This document shows positions 1-10,479 of a DNA stretch of 64,000 nucleotides, one piece after another (position 1 is the first letter of the stretch; each line of letters opens with the position of its first letter). This DNA comes from Candidatus Zhuqueibacterota bacterium (GTDB lineage Bacteria > Zhuqueibacterota > Zhuqueibacteria > Thermofontimicrobiales > Thermofontimicrobiaceae). Location of the stretch: the NCBI GenBank assembly GCA_034505795.1, contig JAPDQM010000003.1, positions 12,557-76,556 on the forward strand. The letters run 5' to 3'. The notes beneath the pieces were generated by a model. That model was not told where the DNA came from, ran no database searches, and worked only from the letters and a program-made list of their open reading frames with translations. The translations under genes were made by a program, and so were the position numbers.

Positions 1-1580
1 TTGTCACTAACGGATACAATTTTGATCCAGCGCCGCCGGCTCCCCATCTCAGGGCCGTCGCTCACGACAGAAAAGTGACCTTATACTGGGATCGTTCGGC
101 AGAGACGGCCCCCGATTTTCTCACGGGCTACCATGATTTTGAGGGTTATAAAATTTACCGGACCACATCGGATCCTGCCACGAACCAATGGGGGCAACCA
201 AATTATGATGACAACGGGAAATTTATCAATTTCGTTCCCATTGCCCGGTGTGATCTTGACAATGGCATCAACGGGTTTGAAACCGTTTACCCCTACCAAT
301 ATCTGGGCGACGATACGGGCTTGTTTCACACCTGGACCGACACCACGGTTACCAATGGCGTTACTTATTGGTACAGCGTCTGCTCGTACGATCATGGCAT
401 CCTGACTGATGATAAATTCAATCCCGACCATTACCCTGCTGCCCCGCTTAAGGAATGTTCCAAAGGGATCGATCCTGACAAGGATGTGAATTTGGTCAAA
501 GTCATTCCGGGGTTGTCAGCCTCTGATCGGTCAGCCGCCAGTGCCACCGTGGAAAAATTAGCGGCCAGCGCTGGCAATGGATTGATCGAGCCCATCATTA
601 TCGATCCGCACCTGGTGACTGGACATGATTACCTGCTGACCTTTGAGGATACCACGTATGGGTATGCGGTGTACGATCTGTTTGATGAGACTGCCCAAAA
701 AGCTATGTTTGACAACGTTCAGCAAACCAATGGTGGCGAGGGGATTATTTTTGATGGCATCCAGCTCATCGTGCAGCGCTACGACAATATGGATGTGCTT
801 AACGACCGCACGTATTGGTACAAGTTGGAGACTGGTGAGCCGTCGCCATGTACCTGGACAATCGTTGGCAGCAAATTGACCTGGGATCCTTATCCGTTTG
901 AATATGACATTCGCTTCATTGATCGATTGGAAATCAGCCATTTCATGAAAAAGACGGCTCCGTTCGAAATCTGGAATACCGTCTTGAATAGAAAATGCTT
1001 ATGGGACATTTTTTATAATTCCCCCACTGACACTACCGATTCGTTGAAGAATAGCTGGAGCAGTGGCGATTTGATTTATATCTGGGACGAGTTTATTGAT
1101 CAGCATAAATTCACCCTGCGGATAACGATCAGCTCGCGTTCGTATGCGACATATCAGGGGCTGGTCAATATTCCGCCTCAGCCTGGCGATGTTGCCCACA
1201 TTGCGTTGAAGCGACCGTTTCTGACCGGCGATCAATTTCGCATTAAAACTACCGCGATGCAGCAACAGCCGATCCGTCGTTCGGATTTAAAAGCAATCAA
1301 AGTCGTGCCCAATCCGTACATTGTTGAGGCTGGCTGGGAGCTGAGTCACAATGATTCGAAAATCCAGTTTGTCCATTTGCCATCACGATGCAAGATTCAT
1401 ATTTATACCTTAAGCGGCGACCAGGTGCGGACCCTGGTGCACGAAAATCCCAATACTGATTATGAATTCTGGGATCTGTTGAATCACAGCCATTTGAAAG
1501 TGAGCTATGGCTTGTATCTATTTGTCGTGGAAACGGATAACGGCGAAACAGCGACCGGAAAGTTTGTGATTCTGAGATAG
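1..1580 (+). CDS. 5'-truncated secreted protein with an FN3-like domain and a T9SS-type C-terminal sorting domain; the frame is open to the window start
   Basis: Frame 3 has no stop from nt 3. FN3-like motifs are present (HLRAVAHDRKVTLYWD, GVTYWYSVCSYDHG). The C-terminus (KVVPNPY...HIYTLSGDQVRTL...GLYLFVVETDNGETATGKFVILR) resembles Por/T9SS CTD sorting signals. Confidence 0.6.
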   Translation, partial: VTNGYNFDPAPPAPHLRAVAHDRKVTLYWDRSAETAPDFLTGYHDFEGYKIYRTTSDPATNQWGQPNYDDNGKFINFVPIARCDLDNGINGFETVYPYQYLGDDTGLFHTWTDTTVTNGVTYWYSVCSYDHGILTDDKFNPDHYPAAPLKECSKGIDPDKDVNLVKVIPGLSASDRSAASATVEKLAASAGNGLIEPIIIDPHLVTGHDYLLTFEDTTYGYAVYDLFDETAQKAMFDNVQQTNGGEGIIFDGIQLIVQRYDNMDVLNDRTYWYKLETGEPSPCTWTIVGSKLTWDPYPFEYDIRFIDRLEISHFMKKTAPFEIWNTVLNRKCLWDIFYNSPTDTTDSLKNSWSSGDLIYIWDEFIDQHKFTLRITISSRSYATYQGLVNIPPQPGDVAHIALKRPFLTGDQFRIKTTAMQQQPIRRSDLKAIKVVPNPYIVEAGWELSHNDSKIQFVHLPSRCKIHIYTLSGDQVRTLVHENPNTDYEFWDLLNHSHLKVSYGLYLFVVETDNGETATGKFVILR

Positions 1581-1670
1581 CGCTTTGGAACTCCCAACTT
1601 ACAACATCTAAAATTATATTTGGAATTGGCGATTTTGACTTTTGGAATTTAATAATAACGAGCAGTAAAA

Positions 1671-2465
1671 ATGATCAATCAAAATCGACAGCGTCTGATG
1701 CTATTCGTATTAAGCTGGTGTATGGTTTGTGGCTGTGCCGAGAAAATTCCCCAAGGACCCGGCCGCATCGAAATTTTAAAGGTCAAATTGCGGATCAAAG
1801 ATAATCGATTCGATTTTGCACAAGAAAATAATTGGGATAATCGCTATAAATTGCCGCCGAACCAGATGTCACAGCAAGAATTCGAGCGACTGGCTCAATG
1901 GCAAGTACCATTTCAGATCACTGCCTATAATGATTTTGACGAAGCAATGGAAGGTCAAAAGTGGCTGGTGCTAAAAGTGAATATCTGGTCGGCCAACGCC
2001 GAGGATAGCTGGCGGGCACAGCTAATTTATGCGGATACATCGTTCACTCGAAATCTGACGATCCCTCCGGGCGATTCATTGAGATTCTATACCGGGAACC
2101 GTCTGACCTGGGAGCAGCGCGACATGAACGGCAAAAGTATTCATCAAACCAATCTGTACACACCCATCTGGATCGACTGCATTGAATTTGATACGCTGGT
2201 GCCAGGTACGATACCGCCCGAGAGAATCCCCTGGCGCCATTGCGACACCACCATGCTGGCTTCGGTGGATACCGTCGTAGCCTTCCTGCAACCCAAAATC
2301 ATCCTGGCGCAGGCTGAGGTTCAGTTATTCAAAAATTATCACGTTGTAACGTCCGATACTATTGAATTCAGAATTCATTATTTTATGCCAGCAGATGGTT
2401 TTCAGAATAAATTCTGGTGCCGGGAAGGAAGACGAATACAAAATGACCCACCATGTCCGTTTTGA
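1671..2465 (+). CDS. hypothetical lipoprotein or secreted protein
   Basis: N-terminal signal peptide with Cys-containing LSWCMVCGCAEK. No recognisable catalytic motif. Confidence 0.45.
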   Translation: MINQNRQRLMLFVLSWCMVCGCAEKIPQGPGRIEILKVKLRIKDNRFDFAQENNWDNRYKLPPNQMSQQEFERLAQWQVPFQITAYNDFDEAMEGQKWLVLKVNIWSANAEDSWRAQLIYADTSFTRNLTIPPGDSLRFYTGNRLTWEQRDMNGKSIHQTNLYTPIWIDCIEFDTLVPGTIPPERIPWRHCDTTMLASVDTVVAFLQPKIILAQAEVQLFKNYHVVTSDTIEFRIHYFMPADGFQNKFWCREGRRIQNDPPCPF

Positions 2466-2536
2466 GCGTCGACGATTTACGATAGGTTGAAGAAATAATT
2501 GCTGGAGTAATCCCCCCATCACGCGCGCATTGCAAT

Positions 2537-5056
2537 ATGAACAGGGAATCTAAAATTATCTTAATGGGCATTGCCTTAATTTTTTCACTGGTGCCTTTTC
2601 TTCAGGCAGGCACTACTGGTCTATTGAAGGGCGAGGTTATCGATCAGAAAAGCCGCCAACCCCTGGCGGGTGTCAATGTCGTCATCATTGGCACCAACTT
2701 CGGTGCGGCGACAGACCAAGCGGGCAAATTTGTGGTGTATCATGTGCCGGCTGGCGTTTATCAGGTGAAAGCAACGATGATGGGATACCAGCCCTGTATC
2801 ATCGAAAATGTCCGCATCATCATGGATTTAAAAACTGAAGTCAGAATTGAGATGATCGAAAGCGTCGTCGCTCTCGGCCAGGAAGTTGTCGTCACCGCCG
2901 AACGACCCTTGATTTCAAAAGACATCACTGGCACCACGCATTCGGTCGGTAGCTCCAAAATGAATGAACTGCCGGTTGATTCCTATAAAGATATTGTCGC
3001 ACTGCAACCCGGAGTGACATCGGATTTGCACATCCGGGGGGGACGTGTAACCGAAGTCCTGTATCTCGTGGACGGTTTGCCAATTCAGCAATCCATGGAA
3101 GGCGGCGCCGGTTCCGAGATTCCACAAGCATCGGTCGCGGAAATGACGGTTCAAACCGGCGGCTTTGGTGCGGAATATGGTAATGCGATGTCCGGTATCA
3201 TTAATATCGTCACCAAATCAGGGGGAGCCTCGCGAGAGATCTGGACTCGTTTTGTAGACGATCATATCGGCATCGAGGAAAGCAACAAGCGCAGTGAATG
3301 GGAATTGATGTTATCCGGTCCTATCTATTATGATAAAATCAGCTACTTTCTCTCTTCAAATATTGTAGTCTCTGACACGCGATGGTGGCAAGACCTGCGC
3401 CGATACTTTGATTCCCCCATGGAGAAAAACATCAATCTCCTGGCGAAACTCAATTTTAATCTTACCCATGACATCCGGCTAATCACTCAAGCAATTTTTT
3501 CCGATTGGGGCAGCAGGCCTTATGAATATCGCTGGCGCTACAATCTGGCAGGTTTGCCCCCGCAATCGAAACGGTCCCTACGATTGAGCGCTACGTTCGT
3601 GCATACGCTTTCGCCTTATAGCTTTTATTCACTCAACTTCAGCCGCTTCCAGCTTCAGCACAAGCTCGGGCAGGGAGATAAAAGCGATGTGGAAGCCATG
3701 CAGCCGTTCCAGTATGAACTGCCCTGGTACTATTTCGTTTTCTCGGGTAATCGCCTCTGGTGGCAGGATGCGACAGAGATCAGCTACCTGGCTAAAGGCG
3801 ATTTTACGACCCAGTACCACCGCATTGCGCAGTTCAAGATGGGCTTTGAGATGCAATATTTTGATTTAGAAAATGACCTGGTCAAGTATGAGCCACAAAA
3901 ATCATTCTGGGGCAAGCCGCTGTTAGATCGAGAGTTGCTCAATTTCAGCAGCTATTATCATTATCGACCGTATCAAGGCGCATTTTTTATTCAGAACAAA
4001 GTGGATAATGACATTGTGGTGATGAACCTGGGTTTGCGGTATGAATTCCTCAATCCCAGAGCCCAACGCCCGGTGGTCGAATGGATTCCCATCACAGCCG
4101 AAGATTATAAGCAGGAGATCAAAGGCTGGGCGCCAGCCTCGATCAAATCCCAACTGAGCCCACGCTTCGGATTTTCATTTCCCATCACGAAAAACGATTT
4201 CTTTTTTATCAACTATGGCTTCTTCTTCCAGGTGCCGATGTTCGATTACATGTTTACCGGTTTGAATTTCGATCTGAAAAAAGGCATTAAGGCGTTATAT
4301 GGCAATCCCGATCTAAAGCCGGAACGAACTCGAGCACTGGAGCTTAGCTACAAACGTACCTTGGGGGATGCGTGGTTGGTGTCGTTCACCTATTTTAACA
4401 AAGAAATTTCCGGGCTGATCGATACGAAAACGTTTTTAGCCTCTGATAGCAAAGCCGAAGATGATGGCTATACGCAATTCGTGAATCTGGCCGGCGGACG
4501 GGCCAGCGGCTTTGAGCTGCTGCTCGAAAAAAAATATGCCCATTATGTCTCTGGGAAAATCAGCTATAGCCACATGTCCGCCAAAGGACTAAGCGGCAGC
4601 ATCGATCAGGGGCTGAATTATTTTGTCTGGGGCTTTGCAGTTCCCAATGAAGAGTTTTATCTGAGCTGGGACCAGCGGCAGACGCTGGTGGGAGATGTCT
4701 TTATTGGCATTCCCAATCAACTGGGCCTAAACTTGCTTTGGCGTTGGCATTCCCCACGACCATACACGTATTACCCTTCCCGTACCGGCTATGTCCCTGA
4801 CCTGAACATCGAAATGAAGCCGAATAACGCTCGAATGCGAACCGTCTCTTACGTCGATGTCAAATTATTCAAAAATTGGTTGCTGGGAAAAAATCTATCG
4901 CTTCAGACCTATGTGGATGTGCGCAATTTATTGGATAAATTCAATGTATTGTGGATTGCCTCGGACGGCCGAATCGGTGGCGAGTTGGGCGATCCCGGTG
5001 CTTACGATATTGGCCGCAGAGTGCATCTCGGCGTAGTGCTCAACTGGCGAAAATAA
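2537..5056 (+). CDS. TonB-dependent outer-membrane receptor with an N-terminal carboxypeptidase-regulatory-like domain
   Basis: Signal peptide. CarbopepD_reg-like segment (GEVIDQKSRQPLAGVNVVIIGTNFGAATDQAGKFVV). Plug motifs (DIVALQPGVTS, IRGG, YLVDGLP). Long beta-barrel-like remainder. Confidence 0.85.
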   Translation: MNRESKIILMGIALIFSLVPFLQAGTTGLLKGEVIDQKSRQPLAGVNVVIIGTNFGAATDQAGKFVVYHVPAGVYQVKATMMGYQPCIIENVRIIMDLKTEVRIEMIESVVALGQEVVVTAERPLISKDITGTTHSVGSSKMNELPVDSYKDIVALQPGVTSDLHIRGGRVTEVLYLVDGLPIQQSMEGGAGSEIPQASVAEMTVQTGGFGAEYGNAMSGIINIVTKSGGASREIWTRFVDDHIGIEESNKRSEWELMLSGPIYYDKISYFLSSNIVVSDTRWWQDLRRYFDSPMEKNINLLAKLNFNLTHDIRLITQAIFSDWGSRPYEYRWRYNLAGLPPQSKRSLRLSATFVHTLSPYSFYSLNFSRFQLQHKLGQGDKSDVEAMQPFQYELPWYYFVFSGNRLWWQDATEISYLAKGDFTTQYHRIAQFKMGFEMQYFDLENDLVKYEPQKSFWGKPLLDRELLNFSSYYHYRPYQGAFFIQNKVDNDIVVMNLGLRYEFLNPRAQRPVVEWIPITAEDYKQEIKGWAPASIKSQLSPRFGFSFPITKNDFFFINYGFFFQVPMFDYMFTGLNFDLKKGIKALYGNPDLKPERTRALELSYKRTLGDAWLVSFTYFNKEISGLIDTKTFLASDSKAEDDGYTQFVNLAGGRASGFELLLEKKYAHYVSGKISYSHMSAKGLSGSIDQGLNYFVWGFAVPNEEFYLSWDQRQTLVGDVFIGIPNQLGLNLLWRWHSPRPYTYYPSRTGYVPDLNIEMKPNNARMRTVSYVDVKLFKNWLLGKNLSLQTYVDVRNLLDKFNVLWIASDGRIGGELGDPGAYDIGRRVHLGVVLNWRK

Positions 5057-5908
5057 TAGGCCATTGATTTTTTCATGTTATTTTTCAACACCCGTCTGAA
5101 TATTTATTTTTTTCTTTTCTCGATCCTAATACTACTTCATCAGAGTAACCTACTTCACATTTGCGAATCATTTCGAGCGGAACGCGAAATCGTTCCATTT
5201 TGTAGTCATCAATAAATACCAATTCCTCACTTCTCCATCAACTGGTCATGTGCGTCAATCTAAAATTTGAATATTCCGATCCAAGTGATAATGCAGAGGC
5301 GCTGCGACAGCAGAGATTTTTTTATGTTTGACAATTTGGTATTTTGGTGAGTGAAGTTACTAAAATCGCTCGGCGCAGCTTTGCGTCCGCTGCTGCTCTG
5401 CACGCGAAAAATATTTGTGTCGACGCCAATTGCCAACTGCCAGAGTGTCAAATATATCCTTTGGTCAATGGAGAGGGCTTCTCCATCCACCAACTGGCGG
5501 ATACATTCAGACTGACGCATCATCTTTGCATTGGTGATTTCAATTTGCCAAATTTTTCTTATCTCCCCAGAAAACTGTGTCGGTAATACTAACCAAATAA
5601 AAATATTTGCTGCCTGCAAAAAAAGATTGATTTTTTCCAATAATAAGAATAGATTTAGGGCTGCATTTGGATCAGCCAAATAAAAACGATGATCCGTTGG
5701 AATGACTCAGCAGGAAGCAGGGACATGGCCGTGGTAAACTTATCTGCTCTGAAAATATGATTCATAAATACAGGATATGAATGGAAACTCTTAGCATGCA
5801 TTTCATGAGGATAAATTGTCACTGGTCTTAACATGATGAGAATAGATTGCATAAATAAATCAACATGGTTCGGTATTTCGATTGTAAAATGAAAAGCATG
5901 GAGGTACA

Positions 5909-6865
5909 ATGCGACAAATGATTCTGGTAACCGGTGCTCTGGGACAGATAGGTTCTGAATTGACAGTTGAATTGAGAAAAGTGTATGGAACTGATCAAGT
6001 AATCGCTTCGGATATCAAACCCAATCCCAATGGAAATGTGCAGACCGCCGGTCCATTTCATATCCTGGATTGTCTTGATGCTGGCAAGCTTGCCGAAATT
6101 GTGAAGCAATACCGAATAAATACGATCTATCATCTGGCGGCTGTTCTTTCGGCGGTGGCTGAATCCCGACCGCAACTTGCCTGGCAGGTGAATATCACCG
6201 GCCTCTATAATGTGCTGGAAGTTGCTCGCGAATACCACTGCAGCGTTTTTACCCCCAGTTCCATTGGCGCGTTTGGCCCTACGACCCCGCCTGATCGGAC
6301 GCCACAGGATACGATTCAACGTCCTAAGACGATGTACGGCGTTACCAAAGTCGCTGGTGAATTGTTGTGCGACTACTATTTTTATCGCTTTGGCCTTGAC
6401 ACTCGAGGGTTGCGTTATCCGGGCCTGATTTCTTATCAAACTCTGCCCGGCGGCGGAACAACAGATTACGCCGTCGAAATTTATTATGAGGCCATCAAGA
6501 ATCGAAAGTACACCTGTTACCTGAAGAAAGGCACTTTTCTGGACATGATGTACATGCCCGATGCCCTGCACGCCGCGATATCATTAATGGAAGCCGATCC
6601 GAAGCGATTGAAACATCGCAATGCATTTAATGTGACGGCCATGAGCGTTGATCCCGAAGCCATCACCTGCGCCATTCAAAAACATATACCCGAATTCAGA
6701 ATCACATACCAAATTGACCCCGTTCGTCAGGCCATCGCTGATTCCTGGCCCAATAGCCTGGACGATAGTGCTGCCCGAGAAGAATGGGGCTGGCAGCCAA
6801 AGTTCACTCTGGAAACAATGACCAGCGATATGTTAGCGAAATTGACCGTGAAACTAAAAAAATGA
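5909..6865 (+). CDS. tdh: L-threonine 3-dehydrogenase (GalE-like NAD-dependent epimerase/dehydratase family)
   Basis: Rossmann motif ILVTGALGQIGSEL and YGVTKVAGELLCDYY (YxxxK). Strong full-length resemblance to extended-SDR threonine dehydrogenases (PGGGTTDYAVEI, ITYQIDPVRQAIADSWP). RBS GGAGG lies upstream. Confidence 0.85.
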   Translation: MRQMILVTGALGQIGSELTVELRKVYGTDQVIASDIKPNPNGNVQTAGPFHILDCLDAGKLAEIVKQYRINTIYHLAAVLSAVAESRPQLAWQVNITGLYNVLEVAREYHCSVFTPSSIGAFGPTTPPDRTPQDTIQRPKTMYGVTKVAGELLCDYYFYRFGLDTRGLRYPGLISYQTLPGGGTTDYAVEIYYEAIKNRKYTCYLKKGTFLDMMYMPDALHAAISLMEADPKRLKHRNAFNVTAMSVDPEAITCAIQKHIPEFRITYQIDPVRQAIADSWPNSLDDSAAREEWGWQPKFTLETMTSDMLAKLTVKLKK

Positions 6866-7087
6866 ACATGGTGTTCTCTTGCTGGATTTATTGGAGCGCA
6901 TCGGAATCACTGTTGATTATTCAAAATCTGACCACCAAATTCAAGATAGAAGAATTTTAAATTCTAATTTTTTGTTGAAATTGGAAAGTTAGGGGGTTAT
7001 AAAAAGCAGCCGATGATTCTAACACCATAGTTGGTGCGGCCGATAACCATGACTGACTGCATTTCATTCGGAAGGAGAGGAAAATAT

Positions 7088-8092
7088 ATGAAAAATATTT
7101 CGCCAAGGCTTGCGCGCCGGCTGTTTGCGCGTGGGGTTGCCAATTTGCTCTTGAAAAAACCATTGGCGATATCGTTCGAAATCACCCATTCTTGCAATGC
7201 CAATTGCTCCCATTGCGATAAGGACGGGATCATCCCGAACGAAAAATTGGCACCACCTGAAAAATTTGACCAGATTTATCGCCAATTGAAGCCGTTGTTT
7301 GCTCAAGTCTCAGGCGGCGAACCATTGTTGCGCGAAGACTATCTCGAAGTGGTCCGGCTGTTTCGAAGTCATGGAACATTGCCCATGATTGCCTTTGTTT
7401 CCAACGCTTCGTTAATGACAGTGGAAAAGTATGTGGAGCTTAAGAAGGCTGGTGTCGATCAATTTTCATTTTCCTTGGATATGCCGGATGAGCGTCATGA
7501 TAAAAATCGCCAGATTCCCGGTCTGTTCAAGCATCTTTCAGACATCGTCCCTCGCATGACCGCTCTGGGCTATCATGATATTGCGATGATTTCCGTCATT
7601 CGACGAGAAAACCTGCCCTACCTGCTGGATATTGCCAAAACAGCCTTTCGTTGGGGCGCCTCGTTGACGTTCAGCTCCTATACTCAGTTGCGCACCCAGA
7701 GCGATGTTCATTCATTAAAGACAAAAGAAGAGTTACAACTGCTGCGCCAACAGATTGAAAAATTGATCGAGATGCGGCGGCAGGGCGCACCGATTGTGAA
7801 TACCGAGGCAGTCTTTCGGCGGATGATCGATTTCTTTGAGACCAATTACATCCCCCACTGTCGCACCGGCTATCGCCATCTGGTCGTCAATCCGGATGGT
7901 GCGCTGGCGCCGTGTGCTATGCACAAAGTGAGCTTTGAAAATCGGCAAGCCCTGGTCACGAACTTCACGAAAAGCAATACCTGCGGCGCATGCTATGTGC
8001 CCCTTCGGGCCAATACGGAGATGACCTGGAGCCAATTGTGGAATGATCTGGCACGGGACTATTTCCGCAAGCGTCGCCAGCAAAATAGTTAA
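7088..8092 (+). CDS. radical SAM enzyme with a C-terminal SPASM/twitch-like auxiliary cluster domain
   Basis: CxxxCxxC (THSCNANCSHC), SGGEPLL glycine-rich motif, and C-terminal Cys motifs (HCRTGYRHLVVNPDGALAPCAMH ... TCGACYVP). Start chosen at ATG 7088, preceded by GGAAGGAGAGG. Confidence 0.8.
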   Translation: MKNISPRLARRLFARGVANLLLKKPLAISFEITHSCNANCSHCDKDGIIPNEKLAPPEKFDQIYRQLKPLFAQVSGGEPLLREDYLEVVRLFRSHGTLPMIAFVSNASLMTVEKYVELKKAGVDQFSFSLDMPDERHDKNRQIPGLFKHLSDIVPRMTALGYHDIAMISVIRRENLPYLLDIAKTAFRWGASLTFSSYTQLRTQSDVHSLKTKEELQLLRQQIEKLIEMRRQGAPIVNTEAVFRRMIDFFETNYIPHCRTGYRHLVVNPDGALAPCAMHKVSFENRQALVTNFTKSNTCGACYVPLRANTEMTWSQLWNDLARDYFRKRRQQNS

Positions 8093-8097
8093 TGGAA

Positions 8098-8126
8098 CTG
8101 ACCGGTCGCTGCCAGCGACCGGTCAG
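8098..8126. repeat. perfect 29-bp palindrome CTGACCGGTCGCTG-C-CAGCGACCGGTCAG immediately after the rSAM stop codon
   Basis: Read directly: 14-bp arms with a single central base and no mismatches. Confidence 0.8.
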
Positions 8127-8149
8127 TAGAATATTCAATTGCTCTGACA

Positions 8150-8183
8150 AATAAAAAAGGCTACTCATCTGAGTAGCCTTTTC
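8150..8183. terminator. bidirectional rho-independent terminator between the convergent rSAM and lytic transglycosylase genes
   Basis: AGGCTACTCA..TGAGTAGCCT hairpin, preceded by AAAAAA and followed by TTTTCG. Confidence 0.6.
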
Positions 8184-8203
8184 GATGTCAAACCCTGTTG
8201 TCG

Positions 8204-8908
8204 TTACAGCGCTTTTTCTCGATATTGATCCCATAATTTAATGATTGCGGGGATATAGTTTTCGGTTTCCGCCCACAGGATGCCTTTTTGCTTATTCTTC
8301 TTTAGCCAAAGGGCTGCCTGTTTCTCACCGCCGTTGTATGCAGCCAGGCCGCCATCCACGCCGTAATAAGAAACCAGCGTCGACAGATAGCGAGTGCCCA
8401 TGCGGATGTTGTAAATGGGATTCATCAGCACTTCTTCCGGGCTGGTCCAGGTGATGTCTTCGTATTCAGCCAGGTACATGCCAGTTGCCGGCATGATCTG
8501 CATCAAACCAATGGCTCCTGCTTGCGAAATGACCTTCGGATCCCAGGTTTTAGCCGACTCGTGTGTGATTGTGGCGCAGATCAAATCAACATCCAGGTTG
8601 GTATACTTCAGGCTCATGTTATAAATCTCATTCGCAATCTCGTATTTCTCAACCGACGACATCGTTTTGTTGTATTTGTCAATAATCGCCATGATCTTCT
8701 GGATGTTGTATTGCCGCACACTATCCACACTCATCGCAGCTCTCAGGTCTTGCAGAGAACGTTCCAGATCGCTCATTTTCTTTTTTGTTTCATCTGTCGT
8801 GTCAAAATACTTATAGGTAAATCCTATCACCGTAATTGACATGAAGACGATTAACAAAATTTTCAATGGCAATCGGATGTGCTTGTAAAGTAGGTTCTCT
8901 TTCTTCAT
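8204..8908 (-). CDS. membrane-anchored lytic transglycosylase (SLT domain)
   Basis: N-terminal TM helix and SLT motifs (ATITHESAKTWDPKVISQAGAIGLMQIMPATG). Confidence 0.8.
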   Translation of the reverse strand: MKKENLLYKHIRLPLKILLIVFMSITVIGFTYKYFDTTDETKKKMSDLERSLQDLRAAMSVDSVRQYNIQKIMAIIDKYNKTMSSVEKYEIANEIYNMSLKYTNLDVDLICATITHESAKTWDPKVISQAGAIGLMQIMPATGMYLAEYEDITWTSPEEVLMNPIYNIRMGTRYLSTLVSYYGVDGGLAAYNGGEKQAALWLKKNKQKGILWAETENYIPAIIKLWDQYREKAL

Positions 8909-9377
8909 CCTGATTTCTCCTTATGTAATTGAACAACTAATTATGGTCTCGATTGGTGATAAATATTGATTTTTTGTTATTTCAAATCGCTCTTGCTAAA
9001 AAACTTCTGCTTTAAACGACTCAGTTCAGTTTAGGTTTCATTTTTGATCATGACTGAAAAAAGGTTGACCCTGTATTCACCTATTCGTGGGTACAATCGA
9101 TTTCCTTTTTTGTTGGTCAAATGTAACTTTTTTCCGGAAAATTAGCTGTGATATGGGTCAAGTTTCAATGAATATGCCTAACAGCCAATTTTTCCGAATT
9201 TCATTTTTAAAAACAAAGCGGCAAATATAAAAATAAATTTTCTCGATGTCAAGGTTTTCTTTTGATGTCGACAAAAACTTTCATATAGCTTTTGCCCATC
9301 GACAATTGGCAGCTCAAGATGATTTTGAGTCCTCCCAGTGATGGTTCACACTAGATTTCTTTTAAGAAAAAATCGAC

Positions 9378-9405
9378 TTGACTTTTAAAAAATTCTGGCT
9401 ATATT
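9378..9405 (+). promoter_or_regulatory. sigma70-like promoter candidate (TTGACT-16nt-TATATT) inside the 864-bp intergenic region
   Basis: Near-consensus -35 and -10 hexamers with a 16-nt spacer, oriented toward the 9773 gene. Confidence 0.3.
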
Positions 9406-9772
9406 ATGAGTGCACTTCTTTTGCCAATTCTTACACGTTCAAAAAATTGGAAGGAGGTGGTCGCTTTCTTTAAACGTCACTGAAGCCTGACATTGACGGG
9501 AATTCGTCACTGCTGGCAAGTACCCAAATCACGGGGCTGCCCACTCCATTGCATCTAAGATTGAGCATCGATTGGATTGCGAGGTTCAAAACGCAATGAT
9601 AATTGACCGCTTCCGATGGACCCGGATGCTTTATCGTATTGCGCCGCTCTCCACCTACTGAATGTAACCACTGCCCATTATCCCATCAATGAGTTTCCAT
9701 TTGTCGCACAGGATTCTTAAAAAATGGTTGTTGAACAATTGGAACTGCTGCAAAAATTAAGGAGCCAATGCC

Positions 9773-10060
9773 ATGCTATTGCCAATCTTATTTGGACTAC
9801 TATGCAGCGCACTTTTGTTCTTTATCCTGAGAGCGCTGTTCGAGGACTATAATCATGGCAATATTTTCCTGTACTATATCTATGCACTTATCTATGCGCT
9901 TTTAGGAGTCCTTATCCTTATTTTTAGGGTACGACTGGCTAAAATTTTTTACAATGTCACTTTCTGGAACACCATTTTTGTGGCTAATTTGGTGATTGCG
10001 ATTCTCATTACTGGTTACATCCTATGGAGACAATCCGCCAGATTAAGATCGAAAAAATGA
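9773..10060 (+). CDS. small hypothetical membrane protein (about 3 TM helices)
   Basis: Three hydrophobic segments. RBS AAGGAG 7 nt upstream of the ATG. Confidence 0.5.
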   Translation: MLLPILFGLLCSALLFFILRALFEDYNHGNIFLYYIYALIYALLGVLILIFRVRLAKIFYNVTFWNTIFVANLVIAILITGYILWRQSARLRSKK

Positions 10061-10479
10061 TCTTGTCGTAATAACGACTTGATGGCCTTGCTCAGACACT
10101 CATTATTGCCATGAGTTAGATTTTTGGTTTGTCGAAATTGCTATTTCGATATTAGGAGATAGCTTTTTTTCCGCTCGACAGATTAGACAAATTATCGTCA
10201 ACCTTTTCCCATAATCTTCTTGACTTTCTCCTTTTATTTATTTATAGTATTACTTAGTTCTACTGAGTCAGATTTATGAAATTCATCAACAAATATGTGC
10301 CATTTCGATCCACCAACTGGCGGAGAGAAATCTGTTTATTAAACCAGCTAATCTTGAAATACACAGATTCCTGACTCCACTTCGTTTCGTTCGGAATGAC
10401 ATCATTCAGTTTAATCTGACTTAGAAGTTTAAGCAAATGCAATTAATCAAATCTGAACAAACGGTATCCCAAGTTTTAT

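Noticed and set aside
5057-5908. Minus-strand ORFs 5260-5679 and 5655-5909 in the 850-bp gap between the TonB receptor and tdh; also a glycine riboswitch upstream of tdh
   Set aside because: The translations are low-complexity with no motifs and sit in two different frames (no credible frameshifted gene). I found no CGCCGAAGG / ACCGAAGGGGCAA-type riboswitch core. The GGAGAGGGCTTCTCC stretch alone is insufficient. Treated as non-coding.
5828-6571. 247-aa minus-strand ORF overlapping tdh
   Set aside because: It is antisense to a gene with full-length homology to threonine dehydrogenase. It is a shadow ORF.
6957-7306. Minus-strand ORFs overlapping the rSAM start (6957-7163, 6997-7233, 7064-7306)
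   Set aside because: They are antisense shadows of a well-supported rSAM CDS with a strong RBS.
9406-9484. 26-codon ORF MSALLLPIL... resembling the N-terminus of the 9773 membrane protein
   Set aside because: Its ATG abuts the predicted -10 hexamer, so it would lie upstream of the transcript start. The similarity is short and AT-rich. Kept only as a note under the repeat-element finding.
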